The notes beneath the pieces were generated by a model. It was not told where the DNA came from, did not search any database, and was given only the letters and a program-made list of their open reading frames with translations. From Candidatus Niyogibacteria bacterium (GTDB lineage Bacteria > Patescibacteriota > Minisyncoccia > HO2-45-28), in NCBI GenBank assembly GCA_016181935.1, contig JACOYI010000002.1, forward strand, positions 63,961-127,960: a stretch of 64,000 nt of DNA, read 5' to 3'. Below are positions 54,490 to 63,840 of the stretch, in pieces. Within the stretch, counting starts at the first letter, position 1. Each line of letters starts with the position of its first letter. Made by a program: the position numbers and the translations under genes.

Positions 54490-55464
54490 TCACGATGAGG
54501 GGAAAAACGAAAGCTGTCGAAGAACGACTTCAAGCGCCTCCTGCGATTGAACGATGATCAGGGTTTGGCGGTTAAAGATCGTATAAAGAAAGATCGGCTC
54601 CCCGGCCATATTTTTTAACAGTCGTACGTCATGATTGGAAATGATGCGATCTGTGAACGTCTCCGAACCCCGCTCGAGCGCAATATCGGGAGCAAGGAGG
54701 GGTGATAATGCATTCGGCAAACTGCGTTCCCATTCAAGCATGCCGGCAAGCGCCTCGCTGAATGAGCGCACGGCGACGATCACGACGGTTTCAATGCCGC
54801 GCGCCGTGCGGATCGTGCCCAAGGTCGCAGTGCCGCGGAGGCCATTGGTCAAAAGGGATGGCGCAGGAAGCTGAAGGAGCGAAAAAAGTTCCTGCGCGCT
54901 CAAAAATGCGGAGGTTTGAGTGTTTAGAACGCTGACGGCGCGGAATTCCGCCGGCAAGAGGGGCTTTTTGTAAAGCGCATTCCATTCGGTAAGAAATGCG
55001 GAGCGACTGGATTCCGCAAGCCGGACGATCTCGGATTGCGTTGCCGGAATTGCGGGCTTGGGCGCCGTGACAGCTGGCGCGCCCGGCGCGCTTTGAATGG
55101 TGAACCAAAAAAAGAGACCGCCGCCGATGATGACGAATGCCCCGACGCTAATAGAAAGCCACAAAGTCCAATGCCGCGTCCGCCAGCTGGCGGATTCGCC
55201 CGCGTATCCGCCTACGCGCCGCGCGGTTCCTTCGCGCGTGAGCATGCCGATCTCGGACACTCCGCCCGATTTCAATGTACGTTCCGTATCCCCCACCATC
55301 GTGCGGATGGACGAAGGTTTTTGCGCGCTCGCCGGCCCCGACGGCGTCATCAGAACCGGTCCCGAAGGCGCCGGCGGAGCCGGCGGAGGGGTCTGCGGTG
55401 GTTGGGGCGCAGGCGGTTGCGGTCGTGACGGTTCGCCCGTAGGCAAAATAATTTCGCCGTTCAT
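54490..55464 (-). CDS. Hypothetical membrane-anchored protein with a Pro-rich N-terminus
   Basis: PQPPAPQPPQTPPPAPPAP low-complexity region followed by a TM helix and a ~200-aa extracytoplasmic domain. Confidence 0.4.
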   Translation of the reverse strand: MNGEIILPTGEPSRPQPPAPQPPQTPPPAPPAPSGPVLMTPSGPASAQKPSSIRTMVGDTERTLKSGGVSEIGMLTREGTARRVGGYAGESASWRTRHWTLWLSISVGAFVIIGGGLFFWFTIQSAPGAPAVTAPKPAIPATQSEIVRLAESSRSAFLTEWNALYKKPLLPAEFRAVSVLNTQTSAFLSAQELFSLLQLPAPSLLTNGLRGTATLGTIRTARGIETVVIVAVRSFSEALAGMLEWERSLPNALSPLLAPDIALERGSETFTDRIISNHDVRLLKNMAGEPIFLYTIFNRQTLIIVQSQEALEVVLRQLSFFPSS

Positions 55465-55605
55465 TCATTCATTATACGGCGATATTCGGAGATTTGACAA
55501 AAAAAGCAATTCATTCTATTATGGCGACTTGTACTTTGAACTGGCCCGCCGAATATCCAAATGGTTTGGAATGCGACGACGCCGCAATTCAACCGAGGAC
55601 TTGCT

Positions 55606-56214
55606 ATGAAAACGGCAACCCAAGGGCAAGAGGATAAACTCCTCTCGATTTTCAAAAGAGTATCCAGCGAACGAGTTCAAAAACTTATTGAATCGGGGCT
55701 TCTTCTCGATCTTCGTGATTCCGATGTTTCTGATATCAATCGCGGCGAATTTCAGAAATTTGTCGGTCTTAAATTTCGAATCCCAACCCTTGCGATTTCG
55801 TTTATGGATTCGGCGTCGATGTCCCTCCGGCTACCGCGTGAAACAATGAGGATCGTGAGAAATGTTGACGGTTCGTCCGCGGTAGCAACCCTTGAACTGG
55901 CCGCGCTTCCGGATAGTGAATATTACGAGGAAGAGCGCTGGCAAAACGAAAAACACGTGATGGAAATAATCGAATGCGCACAAGAAATGGGGGGTCTCGG
56001 CGAGCATTCTCTTTGTGTGCTTTTGGAAAAGCAACACATGATTCCGGAAGCGTGGCGGGATTTTTATCTCATTTTTCCCGGATTCGTTTTGGAAGAAGGC
56101 GCTTATTACGTTCCTTATCTTTACTGGAATGGAGCGAAATGGGTTTATGATTTCTATTATCTTTCTATCCATGGTTGGCGATCGCGCGATCGTCTCGTTC
56201 GCAATCTGATTTAG
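55606..56214 (+). CDS. Hypothetical protein
   Basis: Start chosen at MKTATQGQE. About 200 aa, AT-richer than the surroundings, no recognizable domain. Confidence 0.4.
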   Translation: MKTATQGQEDKLLSIFKRVSSERVQKLIESGLLLDLRDSDVSDINRGEFQKFVGLKFRIPTLAISFMDSASMSLRLPRETMRIVRNVDGSSAVATLELAALPDSEYYEEERWQNEKHVMEIIECAQEMGGLGEHSLCVLLEKQHMIPEAWRDFYLIFPGFVLEEGAYYVPYLYWNGAKWVYDFYYLSIHGWRSRDRLVRNLI

Positions 56215-56245
56215 CAGTAAATCGCTGGTCACAAAAAAGCGTAAA

Positions 56246-56268
56246 CCCCACAGAGAATATCTGTGGGG
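56246..56268. terminator. Bidirectional terminator hairpin
   Basis: CCCCACAGAG-AATAT-CTGTGGGG with T-runs on both strands. It lies between the convergent hypothetical gene and pnp. Confidence 0.55.
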
Positions 56269-56287
56269 ATTTCATTTAATTTTCCAG

Positions 56288-58492
56288 TTACCGGCGGTCG
56301 TGGCGGGGACGGAAATGGTTGCCTTCTCCGGTGTCGGCAGGCGGCGGTCCGCCTCGGCTCGCATTCGGCGAGACGGGAGGATATTTCATATTCGCAGCGC
56401 CCGAGGATTGTTTGATGGAAAGATTCACGCGGCCCATTTCGTCAATCTCGATGATCTTGACCGGAACTTTGTCGCCGATATTGACGATGTCGCGCACTTT
56501 GCCCACGCGAAACGGAGCAAGCTCCGAAATATGCACGAGCCCTTCCTGTTTGGGCGCGATCTCCACCATGGCCCCGAATTCAAAAAGGCGCGATACCGTT
56601 CCGATGATTTCCTCCCCCACCTTGAATTCGCGGGTGATGGATTTGATGATCTCTTGCGCCTTTTCCGCCGCCTCTTTGGAGCGCGCGGTAATGAACACTT
56701 CGCCGGTCTGCTCGATGTCGATCTCGGCGCCCGTGTCCTCGATGATCTTGTTGATAACCTTGCCGCCGGGGCCGATGACATCGCGGATCTTGTCCGGATG
56801 GATCTGCATGGAAATGATACGCGGGGCGTAGATGGAAATGGAATCTCGATGTCGCGGAATGGCTTCGAGCATCACACTCATGATCTTCGTGCGCGCGGCG
56901 AGAGCATCTTTCAGTGTCGAGGCGAGCATTTTGAGCGTAATGCCCTCGACTTTCACATCCATTTGAATTGCCGTGATACCGTTTTTGGTTCCGGCGGCCT
57001 TGAAATCCATATCGCCGTGGTGGTCTTCCGGCCCCTGAATGTCGGTCAGCACCTTGAAATTATTTTCTCCGCCGGATTCCATCATCAAGCCCATGGCAAT
57101 TCCCGCAACGGGCTCTTTAATGGGTACGCCCGCGTCCATCAAGGCGAGCGTGGAGGCGCAGGTTGAACTCATGGATGTCGAACCGTTCGATGACATAGCC
57201 TCCGAAACCAACCGGATGGTGTACGGGAAAATTTCTTTCGGCGGTATTACCGGCAAAAGCGCGCGTTCCGCGAGAGCCCCATGCCCGATTTCACGCCGCC
57301 CCGGAGCGCCCATCCGGCCGGTCTCGCCGGTCGAGAACGGCGGGAAATTGTAATGGTGCATGAAGCGCTTTTTCATCTGCACTTCCATGCCTTCGATGAG
57401 CAGCACGTCCGACGGCGCGCCCAAGGTCGCAACCGTCAAAATGTGCGTTTCGCCGCGGTAAAAAATACCGGAGCCGTGCGTGCGCTCGATGGCGCCGGCT
57501 TTTGCATACAATGGACGAACCTCATTCATTTTGCGGCCATCCGGACGGCGGTCTCGCTCCAAGATATTTTTGTGGACGATCACGTCCACCGCGTCTTCAA
57601 AATAGGGTTCGGCCAGTCCGCCAGCTGGCGGACCAAATTGCTCTTCCACGGATTTTTTCCATTCTTTCAATAACTCGCCCACGCCACTACGCTCTTCGGA
57701 TTTGTCGCGAGCCCCGTAGATCGCGTCTTCCAAATGCGGCGCGATATGCTTTTTGAAAAGTTCCTCGGCTGCATCCGGGAGTTCGGGAACGGCAATTTCC
57801 ATTTTTGATTTCCCGACCTCCGCAATGATGTCTTTTTGAAAGCGTTCGAGCCGTTCGAATTCCGGCATCGCTTTTTCGATAGCGCGCACGATATCGTTTT
57901 CCGGAACTTCGGAAGCTCCCGCTTCGATCATATTGATCTTGCCGGATTTTACGCAGGCAATGAGGTCGAGTGTCGTGGTTTTGCGGTCTTCGTAGGCGGG
58001 GTTCAAAATGACCTCTCCGTCCTTGAGCGCGACGCGGAACGGGCTTACTGGTCCGTCCCACGGGATGGGCGAAGTCGCGACCGCAAGAGAGGCCGCAAGG
58101 ATCGCGGGAACATCCGGATCATTGTCGCCGTCGATCGCGAGCGTCATTACGACGACTTGGACGTCGTGGCGTATTTTATGGTTGAACAGCGGCCGCAGCG
58201 TGCGGTCGATGAGCCGTCCCGTAAGCACCGCTTCTTCGGATGGACGGCCTTCGCGGCGCATGAACCGCGAGCCCAAAATCTGGCCGGCCGCGTAAAATTT
58301 CTCTTCGTAATCAACGGAGAGCGGAAAATAGGATGCGGTTGATTTGGGCTCCCGCGCGATGGTCGCGGTCGCGAAAACAACCGTGCCGCCGTAGCGCACG
58401 AGTACCGAACCGGATGCTTGGGATGCCAAGTCCGAGAATTCCACATCGAGCGCCCGTCCGGCAACCTCTGTTTCGTACTTTTTGACTTTCAT
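56288..58492 (-). CDS. pnp: Polyribonucleotide nucleotidyltransferase (PNPase)
   Basis: Two RNase PH domains followed by KH and S1 domains (…GDKVPVKIIEIDEMGRVNLS). 734 aa. Confidence 0.95.
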   Translation of the reverse strand: MKVKKYETEVAGRALDVEFSDLASQASGSVLVRYGGTVVFATATIAREPKSTASYFPLSVDYEEKFYAAGQILGSRFMRREGRPSEEAVLTGRLIDRTLRPLFNHKIRHDVQVVVMTLAIDGDNDPDVPAILAASLAVATSPIPWDGPVSPFRVALKDGEVILNPAYEDRKTTTLDLIACVKSGKINMIEAGASEVPENDIVRAIEKAMPEFERLERFQKDIIAEVGKSKMEIAVPELPDAAEELFKKHIAPHLEDAIYGARDKSEERSGVGELLKEWKKSVEEQFGPPAGGLAEPYFEDAVDVIVHKNILERDRRPDGRKMNEVRPLYAKAGAIERTHGSGIFYRGETHILTVATLGAPSDVLLIEGMEVQMKKRFMHHYNFPPFSTGETGRMGAPGRREIGHGALAERALLPVIPPKEIFPYTIRLVSEAMSSNGSTSMSSTCASTLALMDAGVPIKEPVAGIAMGLMMESGGENNFKVLTDIQGPEDHHGDMDFKAAGTKNGITAIQMDVKVEGITLKMLASTLKDALAARTKIMSVMLEAIPRHRDSISIYAPRIISMQIHPDKIRDVIGPGGKVINKIIEDTGAEIDIEQTGEVFITARSKEAAEKAQEIIKSITREFKVGEEIIGTVSRLFEFGAMVEIAPKQEGLVHISELAPFRVGKVRDIVNIGDKVPVKIIEIDEMGRVNLSIKQSSGAANMKYPPVSPNASRGGPPPADTGEGNHFRPRHDRR

Positions 58493-58494
58493 GA

Positions 58495-59043
58495 TTATTC
58501 GTTCTCCGCGTCCCGTCCATCCCGTTTTCCGTGCGGAATACCGAGCAGGAATTTTGGATTTTCATCCAGATCCGTGAACGAATCCGTATGTTCGCGGAGT
58601 TTGGCGGATGCCGAACGGCCGAATGCCATCACTTCGACCTGAATGCCGAATTGGCCCTCTTTCAGATATTCCACGAGCGGCACGAAGTCGCCATCGCCCG
58701 TGACGAGTACGATCGTGTCCACGCGGGGCGCCAAACGCACCGCATCAATGGTAAGACCCACATCCCAATCCGCTTTTTTTACGCCGCCCGCAAAGATCTG
58801 GATGTCCTTGTTTTTGGGTTCGATCCCGATCTTTTCGAGCGCCTCAAAAAACGCCGCTTCCTCTCCGGAGGGCGTTTTGATCACATAACCGATCGCGCGC
58901 ACCAATTTCCGGTTCGCGACCGCCTGCTTCAGGATTTCTTTGAAATTGACGCGCTTTCCGTAGAGGTTGCGCGCCGAGTGGTACATGTTTTGAACGTCGA
59001 TCAAAACCGCAACTCGCTGTTCTTTGTGTCGGATGACGGGCAT
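58495..59043 (-). CDS. NYN-domain (LabA/PIN-like) protein
   Basis: VAVLIDVQNMYHS…VLVTGDGDFVPLV has the acidic residue pattern of NYN/LabA nucleases. It is inserted between rpsO and pnp. Confidence 0.7.
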   Translation of the reverse strand: MPVIRHKEQRVAVLIDVQNMYHSARNLYGKRVNFKEILKQAVANRKLVRAIGYVIKTPSGEEAAFFEALEKIGIEPKNKDIQIFAGGVKKADWDVGLTIDAVRLAPRVDTIVLVTGDGDFVPLVEYLKEGQFGIQVEVMAFGRSASAKLREHTDSFTDLDENPKFLLGIPHGKRDGRDAENE

Positions 59044-59044
59044 T

Positions 59045-59308
59045 TTATGATTTTAAACCGATTTTTTTGGCAATATCCGAATAGCGCTTCTCGTCTTCTT
59101 TTTTCAGATAGTTCAGGAGCGATTTTCGCTTGGCCACCATGCGCAAAAGCCCGCGGCGAGAGTGGGTGTCTTTCGGGTTTGTCTTCAAATGCTGGGTCAG
59201 GGACTTCATTTCCTCGGTCAGGAGCGCGATCTGAACCTCGGATGAGCCGGTATCGCGCTCGTCCAGCTTGAATTTTTCGATGACTTTTTGCTTGGTTTTA
59301 GTGCTTAA
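59045..59308 (-). CDS. rpsO: 30S ribosomal protein S15
   Basis: MLSTKTKQKVIEKFKLDERDTGSSEVQIALLTEEMKSLTQHLKTNPKDTHSRRGLL…, canonical uS15. Confidence 0.9.
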   Translation of the reverse strand, partial: LSTKTKQKVIEKFKLDERDTGSSEVQIALLTEEMKSLTQHLKTNPKDTHSRRGLLRMVAKRKSLLNYLKKEDEKRYSDIAKKIGLKS

Positions 59309-59410
59309 CATCGCTTCCAGCGTAGCACGGGGGCTTGATTTAAGCAAGGCTTTATGCTATCCTGTCGTGGGGTTCTTCTAATCATTCCTTTAACCATGAG
59401 AGGAAACATA

Positions 59411-59626
59411 ATGCCGCGCAACAAGAAGATGGAGAGAAAAAAAATAAGAGGGAAAATATCCTCCCTGAACCTAGAAATAGGAAATTTAAGGAGGATGGCT
59501 GCATATTGGGGGTCTGATTTTGCGGTGTATGCTCCGGAAAGGGCCATAAAATGTCGTGATGAACGAATTCAGCTTGAACATAAGCGAGAACAATTGAGCA
59601 TGAAGCTGAAATCTCTTCCTTCGTAG
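59411..59626 (+). CDS. Hypothetical small basic protein
   Basis: 71 aa (MPRNKKMERKKIRGK…) with RBS AGGAAAC and a following terminator. Weak evidence. Confidence 0.3.
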   Translation: MPRNKKMERKKIRGKISSLNLEIGNLRRMAAYWGSDFAVYAPERAIKCRDERIQLEHKREQLSMKLKSLPS

Positions 59627-59648
59627 CACGGCTGCAGGATTTGTTCAA

Positions 59649-59675
59649 CCCCGGCTTCGGCCGGGGATTTTTTTA
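59649..59675. terminator. Bidirectional terminator
   Basis: CCCCGGC-TTCG-GCCGGGG followed by ATTTTTTTA. It overlaps the stop of the Cys-rich gene on the opposite strand. Confidence 0.55.
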
Positions 59676-61430
59676 TCCGACCGATTCGAGATAACACTTT
59701 TCGCAATAGACAATACGCGGATCGGATGGCGGGTAAACGGTTTGGAACGAGCAGCCGCACTTCGGGCAGGTGCGGGTATAAAATTGCGTCCGGATCGAAC
59801 CGAATGCCTTCCGCATTTTTTCAATGAGAGTGATCGGGTTTTCCTGCGGCAACGGGAGCGAATGCATCCGATAAAAATCAAGCTCCGTTTTCGTGACGCG
59901 GAATTTTTTGTTATCCCGACCGAGAATGATCGTTCGCAGAATATCATCATGAATATCGCGTATATCGTCCGGAAGGGTATCGGCGCGGACGATTTCGCCG
60001 TCCGCTGATCCGTCGGTTTCCGGAATGATTTCCACGGGGTAGCCGAGTTTTCGCGCTTCTTCCACATTGTCATAGCCGATATACGATGTTGCGAAAGAAA
60101 TATTATATGGGAAGGGCGACAGATGCGGCGGATAGAATTCGCCGTATTCCCCGCGCTCGAGCATCGCGGTTTTAAGCGTGTCCACGAGCGGCCAATACTC
60201 ATCTTCCATATATTGTTTGTTGAAAATGCAGAATTTTTTCTTAGACAATGCGACACAGCCGAAACAGTCTTCACACGCATTGCAATCCCACGAGTATTCG
60301 AGATTTTGCCCGTTCTTATCGAAGTAGCAGAATTTGCAATTTGCCGAGTTGAGCGATGTTAAGCTTTCGTAGCACCGTTCAACATTGAGGCCGCCAAAGT
60401 TATGATAGGAGTCGCGGGCGTTGAATCCGCCCATGGAGTACGCGACATTTTGGGCGCCTTCCATGAAGGACGACTCGTAGCAATTTGTTGAATTGACCAG
60501 CCGGTCGCCGATACTGTCTTTGGTGTTTTCATTATGGTTCGGGCGGTGAATTGCGCGTTTTTTCAATTCCTCGAATTGCTTTTTGTAGCGCTCCACGACG
60601 TCGCGGCTTCCGAAATTGATTTCCTTGATGCGCGCCGCATACGCTTCTTTACTTAACGGTTCGTTCAAAAAATAGTGTTTTTTATGGCGGAGATTTACAG
60701 AACCGAAACAGGAGTCGCAGCTGCGGCAGTCGTAAAGGAAATAAGAATCTTGGCAGTCGCGCGACTGTTCGCACCAAAACGAGCGATACATATTCTTGCA
60801 ATCCAAAAGGCCGTAGCAGGAATCGCTCGAATATAATCCGCAGGAATTCCCGGAATTCGTTGAATAAATATAGCCCGCGCCGTTCCAGCAGTTTTCCGCT
60901 CCCACGGAATCGAAAATGAGATAGCAGTTTTTTACGCCGAGGACGACATTCGCATATTCCGTACCAACGCTCGCGGGATCGATGAACAAGTTGAAGCGCG
61001 GAACATCGAGCGTGAGTTTTTTGAACTGCTCGAAAAAGGGCGCGTTCATGTCTATGGCGCGGCCATAATCCATCGGGTTCCATTGGTCGCCGAACCACGC
61101 CTTGTGTTCGTAAATTTTGTAGGGCGTATTCGGCGGATACATCGCTACGATGGTTTTACCAGAAAATGCGGATTTGACTTTGAAAAGATTGTAAATGTTG
61201 GTGAACGCAAATTTTTGCCGGTGGCGTTCGTCCGGTGAAACGGTCGGCAAAGGCACGCGGATGTTCTTGTAAAATGCAATGTCTTCGGGACGGATATAGA
61301 AGGGCTCTCCCGAAATACGGCAGGTGCGCGTTTGCCCGCCTTTTTCGTCGAGTTCGAGCTTTGAGTAGTAGGCATCGAGCGCGGCGTCGAACCGCGGGGT
61401 TTTGGATTTCATATCGCCATCATGCCCCAT
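59673..61430 (-). CDS. Large cysteine-rich repeat protein with a C-terminal zinc ribbon (unknown function)
   Basis: 585 aa with about 40 Cys. Reiterated short units (NCYLIFDS…NCWNGAG…NSCGLYSSDSCYGLLDCKN…DCQDSYFLYDCRSCDSCFG…; later CKFCYFDKNG…DCNACEDCFGC). The C-terminus has TCPKCGC…CEKC. Confidence 0.5.
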   Translation of the reverse strand: MGHDGDMKSKTPRFDAALDAYYSKLELDEKGGQTRTCRISGEPFYIRPEDIAFYKNIRVPLPTVSPDERHRQKFAFTNIYNLFKVKSAFSGKTIVAMYPPNTPYKIYEHKAWFGDQWNPMDYGRAIDMNAPFFEQFKKLTLDVPRFNLFIDPASVGTEYANVVLGVKNCYLIFDSVGAENCWNGAGYIYSTNSGNSCGLYSSDSCYGLLDCKNMYRSFWCEQSRDCQDSYFLYDCRSCDSCFGSVNLRHKKHYFLNEPLSKEAYAARIKEINFGSRDVVERYKKQFEELKKRAIHRPNHNENTKDSIGDRLVNSTNCYESSFMEGAQNVAYSMGGFNARDSYHNFGGLNVERCYESLTSLNSANCKFCYFDKNGQNLEYSWDCNACEDCFGCVALSKKKFCIFNKQYMEDEYWPLVDTLKTAMLERGEYGEFYPPHLSPFPYNISFATSYIGYDNVEEARKLGYPVEIIPETDGSADGEIVRADTLPDDIRDIHDDILRTIILGRDNKKFRVTKTELDFYRMHSLPLPQENPITLIEKMRKAFGSIRTQFYTRTCPKCGCSFQTVYPPSDPRIVYCEKCYLESVG

Positions 61431-61456
61431 TTATGGATGTTTGATAAGATAAGATT

Positions 61457-62368
61457 GTGCGACGCATAGATATACAAGCCCTCTATAGAAATTACCTCGA
61501 ATACTTGGAGATCGAGCGGGGGCGGAGCTTGAAAACGCTCGATAATTACGGGCACTATATTTCGGCGTTTCTTGAATTTGCGAAGGCGAAGACGCCAGAC
61601 GATATCACCGAGGACGGCGTGCGGGAGTTTCGGATGCGGCTCAACCGCGCGAATCTCAAGCGCCGGACGCAAAACTACTATCTTATAGCACTCCGCGGAT
61701 TCCTGAAGTATCTGGCCAAGCGCGGGGTTCCGAGTTTGGCGCCCGAAAAGATCGAACTGGCCAAGGTGCCGGAGCGCGAATTCGACTTGATTAGTGACGA
61801 CGAATTGGGGCGTCTGCTCGCCTCCCCCAACGGGTCGGACGCGAAAAGCATGCGCGACCGCGCACTCTTTGAATTGTTGTTTTCGACGGGATTACGGGTT
61901 TCGGAGCTCTGTTCGCTCAATCGGGATTCGATCAATCTCTCGCGCGGCGAGTTCAGTGTGCGCGGAAAAGGCGAAAAAGTGCGCGTGGTATTTTTGTCGG
62001 ACAGCGCGCGCGATGCTCTTAAGGGGTGGCTCGATAAGCGGAAGGATATGAGCGAAGCATTGTTTACGAATTTCCGGCGCGGCGCAAAAGACGAACTGGA
62101 TGAAAAAGCGCGGCTTACCTCCCGCTCGGTGGAGCGCATCATCAAGTTTTATGCGGTAAAGGCGGGCATCTCGAAAAAGGTCACGCCGCACGTATTGCGG
62201 CATTGTTTTGCGACCGATCTTTTGCAAAACGGCGCGGATTTGCGTTCGGTGCAGATGCTCTTGGGCCATGCGAATGTGGCGACGACGCAAATTTATACGC
62301 ACATCACGAACCGGCAGTTAAAAGATATTCATCAAGCGTTCCATGGGAAAAAAAGAAGGGCGAATTGA
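61457..62368 (+). CDS. Tyrosine recombinase (XerC/XerD family)
   Basis: GTG start. N-terminal core-binding domain and catalytic R…HxxR…Y pattern (VLRHCFATDLL…LLGHANVATTQIYTH). It is divergent from the Cys-rich gene across about 26 bp. Confidence 0.85.
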   Translation: MRRIDIQALYRNYLEYLEIERGRSLKTLDNYGHYISAFLEFAKAKTPDDITEDGVREFRMRLNRANLKRRTQNYYLIALRGFLKYLAKRGVPSLAPEKIELAKVPEREFDLISDDELGRLLASPNGSDAKSMRDRALFELLFSTGLRVSELCSLNRDSINLSRGEFSVRGKGEKVRVVFLSDSARDALKGWLDKRKDMSEALFTNFRRGAKDELDEKARLTSRSVERIIKFYAVKAGISKKVTPHVLRHCFATDLLQNGADLRSVQMLLGHANVATTQIYTHITNRQLKDIHQAFHGKKRRAN

Positions 62369-62386
62369 ATTCGCCCCCCAAATGTA

Positions 62387-62677
62387 TTAAGCATATGCGC
62401 CTGATTTCATTTGCTCGATAATCTCCTCAACCGCTTCGATGTCTCCTCGTTCGATGCGCTCTCGGGGCGTATCGCCGCCCAATAGTTTGTTGGGCAAACT
62501 GATCCATCGTAACGCTTCTTCCCTTGAATATAGCTTGTTGAGTAGCCACAAGATCCGTTCCACATCAGACGACACGGCGTTCTTTCTCCGCGGAAATCCG
62601 CGCCTTTTCTTCCGTTGTCGGGAGCCAGATGAAGGGCATGGCGAATAGTGCGATGGCGACGATAATCTTTGCGACAA
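62387..62677 (-). pseudogene. Possible remnant of a DUF2384 (Xre/MbcA/ParS-type) antitoxin C-terminal domain
   Basis: The C-terminal 55 aa (…EALRWISLPNKLLGGDTPRERIERGDIEAVEEIIEQM) match the DUF2384 pattern. The N-terminal part is low-complexity and there is no HTH and no RES/ART toxin partner. It overlaps a 71-aa membrane ORF (62565..62780). Confidence 0.3.
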
Positions 62678-62780
62678 AAAATCCTACCTCTTCTCCCACG
62701 CCGACCGCGGCGAGTGCAAAAACGGCGGAGATTCCCGCGATCTCGAGCGAGCGCCTGACCTTGTCATTCCGGTTTTTCAT
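62565..62780 (-). CDS. Hypothetical small membrane protein
   Basis: 71 aa with a strong RBS (GGGAGAGAAAA ATG) and one or two TM helices. It conflicts with the DUF2384-like reading frame. Confidence 0.3.
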   Translation of the reverse strand: MKNRNDKVRRSLEIAGISAVFALAAVGVGEEVGFFVAKIIVAIALFAMPFIWLPTTEEKARISAEKERRVV

Positions 62781-62905
62781 TTTTCTCTCCCGATGAAGTT
62801 GTCAAACCGTTGTTTGCGAGTTGTTCAAAACTACGGCCATATTACATACAAACACCAACTATGTCAAGCGCGAAAGAGAATCCCGATGCCAAGCATCGGG
62901 TTTTG

Positions 62906-63529
62906 TTAGAATCGTTCGATTGCGTCCTCACATTTTTCAATGCCGGTTTGGGTGCAGTCATACCAGCAGGTTTTGCCGCCCTGCGCCGCAAATGCGTCGA
63001 GATAGGGGCGGACGTCATCAATGTACAGGATGTTTGATGGGTGGGCGCCGGAGCGCGCAATAGCCGTAAGAAAGATTTTTTCCTCGGGTTTGCGGGCGCC
63101 GACCTCAAAAGACAGGATGCGGCGTTCGGGATTTGAAAAATATTTTTGAATCACCGGAAGCCGCTGAACGTATTCCCATTGGATCTCATCGATGTTGGAC
63201 AGGAGAAACATCGAAATATCCATTTCGTGAATGATTTCGAGAGTGTTGGCGATGCCGTGGTTTTCCCGAAAAATATCACCCCACAGGCGCCGGAATGCCG
63301 CAAAGGATATTTTTTTGTTGAGAGAAAAGCGGTTTCGAAATTCTTCGAAAAATTCTTTTGCGCTCACTTCCCCCCGTTCGCGCCGATCCAGAGAGGAATC
63401 CGAAAAGGTCGCTTGCATGATTTCTTCCGGCGCTGCCGCAGAAAGCAGGGCGAGTTTTTTACACGCCATTTCGCGGTCAAATGTCACGAGCACATTTCCG
63501 ACATCTAACAACACGGCTTTGGGGACTGT
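62906..63529 (-). CDS. HAD-superfamily hydrolase
   Basis: Motif I LLDVGNVLV (DxG/DxV); the ORF ends …ILYIDDVRPYLDAFAAQG… (motif IV Asp). The start was chosen at MTVPKAV. Confidence 0.7.
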   Translation of the reverse strand, partial: TVPKAVLLDVGNVLVTFDREMACKKLALLSAAAPEEIMQATFSDSSLDRRERGEVSAKEFFEEFRNRFSLNKKISFAAFRRLWGDIFRENHGIANTLEIIHEMDISMFLLSNIDEIQWEYVQRLPVIQKYFSNPERRILSFEVGARKPEEKIFLTAIARSGAHPSNILYIDDVRPYLDAFAAQGGKTCWYDCTQTGIEKCEDAIERF

Positions 63530-63654
63530 CATTCCCGTACCCCTCGCGAAAGAGTTTTGCTTGTTTTTTAAGAGAGCAGGTGAGAACTTCACAGAAAATA
63601 ACGTATTTTTTTATATTTGTCAAGTGGGCGGAATGATGGTATTTTTAATGCGTT

Positions 63655-63726
63655 GCTCTCGTGGTGAAATGGATATCACGGCTGCCTTCGAAGCAGTTAT
63701 TGGGGGTTCGAATCCCTCCGAGAGCA
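63655..63726 (+). tRNA. tRNA-Arg (anticodon TCG)
   Basis: Cloverleaf: acceptor GCTCTCG/CGAGAGC, D-arm GTGA…TCAC with a GG loop, anticodon stem GCTGC/GCAGT with loop CTTCGAA, T-arm GGGGG-TTCGAAT-CCCTC. Discriminator A; CCA is not encoded. Confidence 0.85.
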
Positions 63727-63840
63727 CAAAATTGCTATAGTAATTTTGTGCTCGAAGAGCGAGCCAACTGCTTGGCTCGCGCGAGGATTCGAAGGGTTGA
63801 GCGATGCGCGAGGCGCCGCGAAACTCCGGATTTTGCGTAG

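Noticed and set aside
56300-57166. 288-aa plus-strand ORF
   Set aside because: Antisense within pnp.
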